Made by a program: the position numbers and the translations under genes | Notes under the pieces: model-generated | What the model saw: only the letters and a program-made list of their open reading frames with translations | What the model was told of the DNA's origin: nothing | Database searches by the model: none | Source: Candidatus Odinarchaeota archaeon | Lineage (GTDB): Archaea; Asgardarchaeota; Odinarchaeia; Odinarchaeales; Odinarchaeaceae | Length of the DNA stretch: 7,945 bases | NCBI GenBank assembly: GCA_038826135.1 | Contig: JAWBON010000053.1 | Location: 1-7,945 of the forward strand | Reading direction: 5' to 3' | Part shown: positions 1-5,999 of the stretch, piece by piece | How positions within the stretch are numbered: the first letter of the stretch is position 1 | How the letters are laid out: every line of letters begins with the position of its first letter

Positions 1-96
1 GGTTTAAAGCGTAGTAGGGAGGAGGATGAGGCTATTATAGAGTATTATGTTAGGAGGTTTCGGGTTGAAGCTGTGCGAGGAGTTGAAACGGGTTGA
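1..96 (+). CDS. 3' end of a hypothetical protein entering from outside the window (...GLKRSREEDEAIIEYYVRRFRVEAVRGVETG*)
   Basis: Frame 1 is open from base 1 to TGA at 94-96. Codons are purine-rich with G/T wobble (GAG, AGG, GTT), and the charged composition looks protein-like. No family recognised. Confidence 0.4.
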   Translation, partial: GLKRSREEDEAIIEYYVRRFRVEAVRGVETG

Positions 97-211
97 GAGG
101 GAGATTCGGGATCTCGCGCTGGAGCTTGTTAGCCGGGATGAGGGTGTGGGGCTGAGAGTGCTGGGTGAGGCTCTACTAGTAAAAGGGCTTAAACCCGTAG
201 ACCTTAAATAA
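65..211 (+). CDS. Small 48-aa hypothetical protein, probably truncated or chimeric (MKLCEELKRVEREIRDLALELVSRDEGVGLRVLGEALLVKGLKPVDLK)
   Basis: TTG at 65 is preceded by GGAGGT (53-58), with an alternative ATG at 47; stop TAA at 209-211. It has a helical coiled-coil-like pattern. The last ~9 codons are read from the antisense strand of the integrase fragment. Confidence 0.4.
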   Translation: MKLCEELKRVEREIRDLALELVSRDEGVGLRVLGEALLVKGLKPVDLK

Positions 212-321
212 TCTTTAAATTTTAAAATCAGCCTTCCATTATTATTGTTTAACTCCGCTATTCTCTCTTCTTCATTTCTGAGCTTAGAAATATAGTTGTG
301 AATATCCGCTGTTCCACTCAC
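178..321 (-). pseudogene. N-terminal remnant of an archaeal tyrosine recombinase/integrase
   Basis: From GTG at 321 it reads MSGTADIHNYISKLRNEEERIAELNNNNGRLILKFKDYLRSTGLSPFT. This fits the N-terminal pattern I recall for a widespread archaeal integrase family (DIHNY...LE...I......N..LILxFxDY...GLS..RIxxYL). After GLSP the frame becomes Ser/Pro-rich antisense-type sequence, the other two frames close quickly, and no catalytic domain follows. Confidence 0.6.
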
Positions 322-369
322 AATTATTAATTATTGTAAAGCTTTTTTAAGTCTACTCGCGGGTCTTGT

Positions 370-380
370 CCGCGGCGCCA
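370..380 (+). mobile_element. Possible attR remnant resembling a tRNA 3' end (CCGCGGC-G-CCA)
   Basis: It reads as a 7-nt acceptor strand, discriminator G and CCA, matching a tRNA that starts GCCGCGG. It is a GC-rich patch in AT-rich spacer 49 nt upstream of the integrase start. No intact T-arm precedes it, so support is weak. Confidence 0.25.
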
Positions 381-409
381 ATTATAAAATTTTAAAGCTG
401 TATCTTATT

Positions 410-910
410 TTAGATTTTGAATTTTCCGTTTTTCTTCAGATAGTTTATGACTCCGCCTTCTGATAGTATTTCTGTGAGGAATTGGGGTATTTTTTTGAAA
501 TGTATTTCTGTATTTGAGTTTAGGTCTTTTATTAGTCCCGCGGTCAGGTTTATTTCTAAAATATCTCCTTCTCGTATTGCTTGGTGTGCTCCCGGGGCTT
601 CTATTAAGGGTAGGCCTATGTTTATAGCGTTTCTGAAGAATATTCTCGCGAAATAGTTGGCTATAACGGCGCTTACTCCGAGTTTTTTTATCACTATGGG
701 GGCTTGTTCACGGCTTGAGCCGCAGCCGAAGTTGTCTCCTGCTATTATGATATCCCCTGGTTTAACTTTTGCAGCGAAGTCTGGTTTGATGGCTTCGAAA
801 GCGTATTTAGCTATTTCCTCGAAGTTTAATGTTAACAGTCTTTTACCTGCGATTATCTCATCCGTGTTCACGTTGTCGCCGAACTTCCATACTCGTCCTT
901 TTAATATCAT
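410..910 (-). CDS. hacB: Homoaconitase / 3-isopropylmalate dehydratase small subunit (LeuD/HacB/LysU family)
   Basis: Motifs GRVWKFGDNVNTDEII, AGDNFGCGSSREQAP, FARIFFRNAINIGLP and EILSEGG; 166 aa; directly downstream of the large subunit. Lysine rather than leucine pathway is inferred from the neighbouring homocitrate synthase. Confidence 0.92.
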   Translation of the reverse strand: MILKGRVWKFGDNVNTDEIIAGKRLLTLNFEEIAKYAFEAIKPDFAAKVKPGDIIIAGDNFGCGSSREQAPIVIKKLGVSAVIANYFARIFFRNAINIGLPLIEAPGAHQAIREGDILEINLTAGLIKDLNSNTEIHFKKIPQFLTEILSEGGVINYLKKNGKFKI

Positions 911-916
911 TTTATT

Positions 917-922
917 TCACCT
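917..922 (-). promoter_or_regulatory. Shine-Dalgarno AGGTGA for hacB, overlapping the hacA stop codon
   Basis: The minus strand reads AGC TAG GTGA AATAAA ATG. The SD lies 6 nt before the ATG, which suggests translational coupling. Confidence 0.8.
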
Positions 923-2162
923 AGCTTCTAGGATCTGTGATATAGCCTTTTACAGCGGCTAGGGCTGCAACCTCCGGGTTTGAAAGATATATTTTACTGT
1001 TAGGGTTGCCCATCCGGCCTTTGAAGTTTCTGTTCTGGGTGCTTAAACAAACCTCTCCGTCTGCGAGTATGCCTAGGTGTCTGCCGATGCACGGTCCGCA
1101 GCCGGGGGGATTCACTGTTGCACCGGCCTCTATGAAGGTTTCTATTAAACCGGTTTTAAGAGCTTGACGGTATATGGTAGCTGAAGCTGGTTGGATTATC
1201 AGTCTCACACGGCTGCTGACTTTATTTCCTTTTAATATGCGAGCTGCAGCTTGCAGATCTGATAGTCTACCGTTTGTGCAGGTTCCTATGAAAACCTGGT
1301 CGACCTCTTGACCTTCGAAATCATTTACAGGGTGAACGTTGTCAACCTGGTCGGGGGCGGCTATTACTGGTTGTAGTTCAGCAGCGTTGATTTCAAGCTC
1401 CTTCTGGTAGTAGGCGTCTGGATCCGGTTCTAAGCTAATATTTTGGTGTCTGCCTGTCTCAGTTAAGTATTTGACTGTCACGTTATCGACGGGGAAAAGA
1501 CCGGTTTTACCGCCTGCTTCTATAGCCATGTTTGCTATGGTGAACCTGTCATCCATTGTAAGCTGTTTTAAGGCGCTTCCCTGAAATTCCATTGACATGT
1601 AGGTTGCGCCGGAAGATGTAATATTTTTTATGATTGTGAGTATAAGATCTTTCGAGTAAACATGTGGGGGAAGCTGACCGTCGACTTTTATTTTATAGGT
1701 TTGGGGGACTTTAAGCCATGTTTGACCGTAGCCCATAGCTACAGCGATGTCGGTGCTTCCCATGCCTGTTGCGAAGGCTCCTAGGGCTCCGTATGTGCAG
1801 GTGTGGCTGTCAGCTCCTAAAACTAGTGTTAAAGGGTTTACGTGTTTTTCAACTAGTAGTTGGTGGCATACGCCGCATCCTACATCGTATAGTTTAATAT
1901 TATTTTTCCAGGCGAACTCTCTTATGGTTTTATGCAGGTTGCTCACAGTGTCTTTAGGGCTGGGGGTTGCATGGTCTAATACTAGTATTATTTTACTTGG
2001 ATCGAATACGTTTAAACCGAGTTCTTTAAGCTGGTTTATTGCGATGGGGGCGGTTCCGTCATGTGCCATTATAAGATCCACGCTTGCGACTATGAACTCG
2101 CCCGCCTCCGCTTTACAGCCTGTTTTAGCGGATAGTATTTTTTCAGCTAGTGTTAAACCCAT
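921..2162 (-). CDS. hacA: Homoaconitase / 3-isopropylmalate dehydratase large subunit (LeuC/HacA/LysT family, 4Fe-4S)
   Basis: Motifs MAHDGT, VLDH, GVCHQ, GADSHTCTYGALGAFATGMGSTD, FIGTCTNGR, PGCGPCIG (three cluster Cys) and STQNRNFKGRMG; 413 aa, the short archaeal type. Confidence 0.95.
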   Translation of the reverse strand: MGLTLAEKILSAKTGCKAEAGEFIVASVDLIMAHDGTAPIAINQLKELGLNVFDPSKIILVLDHATPSPKDTVSNLHKTIREFAWKNNIKLYDVGCGVCHQLLVEKHVNPLTLVLGADSHTCTYGALGAFATGMGSTDIAVAMGYGQTWLKVPQTYKIKVDGQLPPHVYSKDLILTIIKNITSSGATYMSMEFQGSALKQLTMDDRFTIANMAIEAGGKTGLFPVDNVTVKYLTETGRHQNISLEPDPDAYYQKELEINAAELQPVIAAPDQVDNVHPVNDFEGQEVDQVFIGTCTNGRLSDLQAAARILKGNKVSSRVRLIIQPASATIYRQALKTGLIETFIEAGATVNPPGCGPCIGRHLGILADGEVCLSTQNRNFKGRMGNPNSKIYLSNPEVAALAAVKGYITDPRS

Positions 2163-2169
2163 TAATATT

Positions 2170-2175
2170 TCACCT
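2170..2175 (-). promoter_or_regulatory. Shine-Dalgarno AGGTGA for hacA
   Basis: AGGTGA lies 7 nt upstream of the ATG at 2162. Confidence 0.8.
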
Positions 2176-2207
2176 TTAAAAGTGTTATAATGTTTGATGT
2201 TAAGAGT

Positions 2208-3449
2208 TTAATGCATGTTGAACATATGTTCGTCGTGCTCTTTTCTAGCTAGGAATCTTTTATTGAAGACGGCTGCAGGATCTTTGAGATCTATTTCAAG
2301 GTCTTTAAACTCTCCCTGTTCTTTGATTCTGGACAGGGTTAACTGGATTTCTCTTTCACTGTTAGGTAATCCGAGCACTGAGAATAATAGTTTAACCGCG
2401 TTTTTACCAGAGTATTTTCCGAATATTATTTTTCTACTCTGGCCTACTGTTTCAGGGGATATTATTTCATAGGCTGCAGGGTTTTTTACTATTGCAGCGA
2501 TGTGTGTTCCACCCTTATGTTTGAAAGCGTTTTCACCTATTATCGGTGTTCTAACAGGTATGGGTTGTTTAGCAGCTTCTGCTACGGTTTTAGAGAGAGG
2601 TGTGAGCATCTCCATTTTTACAGGGAGCTGTATATTATAGCAGACTTTAAGTGTGACAACGAACTCGGCCAGTGATGTGATGCCTGCTCTTTCACCCAGC
2701 CCGTTGACTGAAAGATGCGGCGTCTCAGCTCCCGCTTCTATTCCTGCTATGGTGTTGGCTAAGGCTAAACCGAGATCGTTGTGACAGTGGATTTCTAACG
2801 GTGTTTTAACATATTTTTTAACTGTGCTGATCATGTTGCGCATGCCGTTCGGTGTTAGAACTCCTACAGTGTCTGGGACTCCTATTCTATCAACTTTTGC
2901 TTCTTCTATATTTTTACAGAATTGGACTAGGAAGTCAGGGTCTGTTCTACTAGCATCCTCAGCGGTCATTCTTATTTTCAAACCATGGCTTTTAGCGTAG
3001 TCTATAGCTTCCACTGCTTTTTCAACAGCTTGCTGCCGTGTAAGCTTTAACTTGCTTTTCAGTTGGATGTCCGAAGTGGATATGAACATCGCTATCCATT
3101 TTGTATTGCATTCTAATGCTAGGTCTATGTCTTCTTTTAAAGCTCGGATGTGTGATATGAGCTCGCTTTTATAGCCTCTTGTGGAGAGTGTTTTTATCAC
3201 TTTTGCATGTTCTTTGGATATTAAAGGTGATATTTCGATCATGTTTACGCCGAAGTCGTTTAACATGTCGGCTATTTTTATCTTATCATCGTATTTGAAC
3301 TCGACTTTGGGAGCTTGCTCTCCTTCGCGTAGCGTGGTGTCTAGGATTGTTATTTTTCCCAGCTTCTTAGGTTTATTATATTTTCCGATGGTGTTAAAAA
3401 TCAGTTGATATGTTTCATCAATATTAGGGGACCATTTGATATTATTCAA
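2208..3449 (-). CDS. hcs: Homocitrate synthase (DRE-TIM metallolyase, LeuA/HCS family)
   Basis: Motifs ILDTTLREGEQ, PDTVG, HCHNDLGLALAN and VNGLGERAG. HCS-type rather than IPMS-type features: His in SHIRA, RMTAEDASR, HKGGTH (HCS HKAG, IPMS HESG), and no LeuA regulatory domain. TTG start with AGAGGT 8 nt upstream. Confidence 0.85.
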   Translation of the reverse strand: MNNIKWSPNIDETYQLIFNTIGKYNKPKKLGKITILDTTLREGEQAPKVEFKYDDKIKIADMLNDFGVNMIEISPLISKEHAKVIKTLSTRGYKSELISHIRALKEDIDLALECNTKWIAMFISTSDIQLKSKLKLTRQQAVEKAVEAIDYAKSHGLKIRMTAEDASRTDPDFLVQFCKNIEEAKVDRIGVPDTVGVLTPNGMRNMISTVKKYVKTPLEIHCHNDLGLALANTIAGIEAGAETPHLSVNGLGERAGITSLAEFVVTLKVCYNIQLPVKMEMLTPLSKTVAEAAKQPIPVRTPIIGENAFKHKGGTHIAAIVKNPAAYEIISPETVGQSRKIIFGKYSGKNAVKLLFSVLGLPNSEREIQLTLSRIKEQGEFKDLEIDLKDPAAVFNKRFLARKEHDEHMFNMH

Positions 3450-3457
3450 ATGCGTGA

Positions 3458-3463
3458 ACCTCT
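3458..3463 (-). promoter_or_regulatory. Shine-Dalgarno AGAGGT for hcs
   Basis: It lies 8 nt upstream of the TTG at 3449. Confidence 0.6.
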
Positions 3464-3501
3464 ACTTATAAGAACTAGTATTATGTGATATTATGTTTAC
3501 C

Positions 3502-3520
3502 TATTTAAACTTTCTTATTT
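3502..3520 (-). promoter_or_regulatory. BRE-TATA promoter of the hcs-hacAB operon
   Basis: The minus strand reads AAATAAGAAAG-TTTAAATA, a purine-rich BRE followed by a canonical archaeal TATA box ~53 nt upstream of the start codon. Confidence 0.65.
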
Positions 3521-3523
3521 GGT

Positions 3524-3541
3524 AAAAAAAGTTCTAAAAAA
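3524..3541 (-). terminator. Oligo-T tracts, possible terminator of the lysM transcript
   Basis: The minus strand reads TTTTTTAGAACTTTTTTT ~40 nt after the tandem TGA-TAA stop of lysM. Confidence 0.4.
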
Positions 3542-3579
3542 TTATTTATTTAATCATTATTATTCGATTTTTGACCTTA

Positions 3580-4029
3580 TCATTCCTTATTCAATACCTG
3601 TCTTTCCTTCAACACTAAGAAAGTAGTAGTAGATGATATTCCTTCAATACTCCGCATAGAATCAATGCAGCTGTTAAGGGATTGAACCTCTGCGAATTTA
3701 ACAATGACAAGTGCATCATACGGGCCCGCTATGTCGTAAACTTTCTCAACACCCTTGATCTTCATAATTTCTTTAGCAGCATCAGCAGCAGGTTTCTGAG
3801 GTGACAAGCGTACAAGTATTATGGCTTTAACACCCATGCCGTGGCCTAGTTGAATAGTGAACTGCTCTATCACTCCCTTGTCAACAAGCCGTTTAACGCG
3901 TTTTCGCACAGCGCCCTCTGTGAGATTTATCTTCATATCTTTTAAAGAAGATGCTATTTCACTATAAGATGCTCTGGAATTCTTCATTAAATATTCAATT
4001 ATCCGCTGGTCCACATCATCTATTAGCAT
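3580..4029 (-). CDS. lysM: Lrp/AsnC-family transcriptional regulator, LysM-like
   Basis: N-terminal HTH (IDDVDQRIIEYLMKNSRASYSEIA...TEGAVRKRVKRLVDKGVIEQFTI) plus a RAM domain (VEKVYDIAGPYDALVIV...IDSMRSIEGISSTTTFLVL). It lies immediately upstream of lysine genes. SD-like GAGGGA at 4035-4040. Lrp family is secure; LysM orthology is inferred. Confidence 0.85.
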   Translation of the reverse strand: MLIDDVDQRIIEYLMKNSRASYSEIASSLKDMKINLTEGAVRKRVKRLVDKGVIEQFTIQLGHGMGVKAIILVRLSPQKPAADAAKEIMKIKGVEKVYDIAGPYDALVIVKFAEVQSLNSCIDSMRSIEGISSTTTFLVLKERQVLNKE

Positions 4030-4124
4030 ACATATCCCTCTTTTTTATTAGCTTATATTTAATGATTTTAGAAGATTACTGATTGTTAATTAAACACTAC
4101 TGAAATTTAAACTTATTAGTATTA

Positions 4125-5462
4125 TTATATTACTAAAGGGGAACACTCGGTTGAACGGTACAGTCTACTCTCCCTGCTAGGTTTTAACCCGTACTCCATA
4201 GCTCTGGAAGCGTAATTTAAAAGAACACTCATAAGATCCACAGCTCTCAGTCTTCCAAGACCGCCTTTCAAAACCTCTCTTTCATTAAAGTGTTTTACGC
4301 TATCGGGAACAATATTCGGAGCGTATATGGTTAACGCCGGCGGGTCCCCTATATGTATCCCCAGTTCACTGGATGTTGAATGATCCGAGGTAACTGCGAC
4401 CACCGCCTTACCGGGTAGGATTAAACTATCCAGTATTATTTTAATAGCGGAATCAATTTTTTCAATCATTCTAACCTTCTCTAAAGGTTTCCTATCATGG
4501 CTGGCTGAATCAGTTCCCTTAACATGTACGAATACAAAATCATATTTATCCAGTAATTCAAGAGCTTTCCTAAATTTAGCTTCCACATTAGTGTTTAAAG
4601 TACCTGTAGCTTCAGGCACATCGTAAACATCCATTCCAATATACCTAGCCACCCCACGGTAAAGTGAAAGCTTAGCTATACACGCTCCTTTCATACCCCA
4701 AACTTTAGAAAAAGGCTCTATTATTCTAACTAAACCCGCTCCTCTAGGCAGCAATATATTAGCAGGTAATAAACCATTTTTAACCCTTAACCGGTTAATT
4801 TCATGTTCTTTAAGTATATGATAAGATGATTTAACAACCTCGTTGATTATTCTAGCTGTTTTATCAGCTTCGGTGAAATTAACAGTGCTCGATAAAGCTT
4901 CACACTTGTTAACGCAGCTATCCACCTCATGCGGGTCACTGTCGGTGACATCTCCGCAAAGCCCCTCACCCTCCACTACTAGTATACCCCTATGCTCAAT
5001 GTTAGGTATTATCTTTATTTTAGCACCGTTAACATTATTCAACTGTTTCTGCAAATCATCTATCAGAGTTTTAGCCTCCTCTGTGCTAATTCTGCCCGCC
5101 CTCCTATCTTTAACAATAAGTGATATGCCCCCCTCAATTTTTCTCTCAACAACTGTGGCTAAATTAAAACGGCATGCTAAAGTCCCTTCCTTAACGGGTA
5201 TATTTGAACCTAAAGCCTCTATAGGACCTCTGCCAGGATAATACTTAGCCGGGTCAAAGCCGAATAAAGCAAGATGAGCTGAATCACTTCCAGGAGCAAC
5301 ACCAGGTCCGAGCACATCTAAAACTCCTGTAATACTCAACTCTGCAATTTTATCAAGATTAGGAGTTTTAGCGTACTCTAATGGAGTTTTGCCCCCTAAC
5401 TCTGATACCAGTCTATCAGACATTCCATCACAAACAATCAAAAGTATTTTAGGAAGATTCAT
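4125..5462 (-). CDS. apgM: 2,3-bisphosphoglycerate-independent phosphoglycerate mutase, archaeal type
   Basis: Motifs DGMSD, KTPLEYAKTPNLD, PGSD (phospho-Ser), FGFDPAKYYPGRGPIEALG, HVKGTDSASHD, TSDHST and HIGDP. Confidence 0.92.
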   Translation of the reverse strand: MNLPKILLIVCDGMSDRLVSELGGKTPLEYAKTPNLDKIAELSITGVLDVLGPGVAPGSDSAHLALFGFDPAKYYPGRGPIEALGSNIPVKEGTLACRFNLATVVERKIEGGISLIVKDRRAGRISTEEAKTLIDDLQKQLNNVNGAKIKIIPNIEHRGILVVEGEGLCGDVTDSDPHEVDSCVNKCEALSSTVNFTEADKTARIINEVVKSSYHILKEHEINRLRVKNGLLPANILLPRGAGLVRIIEPFSKVWGMKGACIAKLSLYRGVARYIGMDVYDVPEATGTLNTNVEAKFRKALELLDKYDFVFVHVKGTDSASHDRKPLEKVRMIEKIDSAIKIILDSLILPGKAVVAVTSDHSTSSELGIHIGDPPALTIYAPNIVPDSVKHFNEREVLKGGLGRLRAVDLMSVLLNYASRAMEYGLKPSRESRLYRSTECSPLVI

Positions 5463-5468
5463 TTTGAT

Positions 5469-5515
5469 TCACCTAGCAAGCTTAAAAGGCTTGATTGATA
5501 TTTACTTTCTTATTT
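5469..5515 (-). promoter_or_regulatory. apgM promoter (BRE-TATA at 5497-5515) and SD AGGTGA (5469-5474)
   Basis: The minus strand reads AAATAAGAAAG-TAAATATC, then AGGTGA 6 nt before the ATG at 5462. Confidence 0.6.
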
Positions 5516-5999
5516 AACATTAATTAGTCAACTAAATGTTGTCTATTATTTAAACACATTAGCAGTTAGATGATCCCACGCTTATTTATCTCTTTAACTT
5601 GTTCTAATAAAAAAATATTTGAAAATTAATATTATATTAACCTATCTTGATTTATAAAAAATAGTTCTATGTTATACACCATGCGCTATAAAAATAAAAA
5701 AAGAAGATTGCTGCATGGCACCTCAACAGCAAAAGAGTCCTATATTAAAAGTGAATTATCTCAATATCAGAAATATGTAAAATTCATAGACTAAATGAAA
5801 AATAAAAGTAGAGTAAACAACTTAACTTTTTTCTACTGTTTTGTTATAGGTTTTACCGTTGCAAGTGGCTTTCCCTTGCTCCAAAAACTTAAACTAAACG
5901 CCTTAGATTTAATATTTTATTATATATAATTATAATAGAAAAGAATATAAAATATTTTTAACTAATTTTTATTACTACTATAATAAAAGAGGGTAGGAA

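Noticed and set aside
4-177. C-terminal half of the 105-aa minus-strand ORF 4..321 as a real protein
   Set aside because: It is Ser/Pro/Thr-rich sequence typical of the antisense of G-rich + strand coding DNA. Only the first ~48 codons look genuine.
351-380. Intact tRNA gene
   Set aside because: No T-loop (TTCRA), anticodon arm or D arm. Only an 11-nt acceptor-like end is present. The CGCGG/CCGCG hairpin at 358-374 could instead be a terminator-like stem.
447-962. + strand ORFs 447..656 and 657..962
   Set aside because: Antisense shadows of hacB with no motifs or ribosome-binding sites.
1747-3408. + strand ORFs 1747..2190, 2215..2472 and 3181..3408
   Set aside because: Antisense shadows of hacA and hcs with Ser/Phe/Leu-rich composition and no independent support.
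3474-3501. dif-like site at the skew switch (minus strand GGTAAACATAA-TATCAC-ATAATACTAGT)
   Set aside because: One arm matches 8 of 11 positions of the E. coli XerC arm, but the second arm lacks the required TTAT inverted core. The sequence is a direct repeat (TATTATGT twice) in the hcs transcription-start region. Revisit only if genome skew places a terminus here.
4843-5241. + strand 132-aa ORF
   Set aside because: Antisense shadow of apgM.
5915-5960. Palindromes TATTATA-N6-TATAATA and AAAATATTTT as a TA operator
   Set aside because: Pure A/T low-complexity sequence, not distinguishable from background without homolog comparison.
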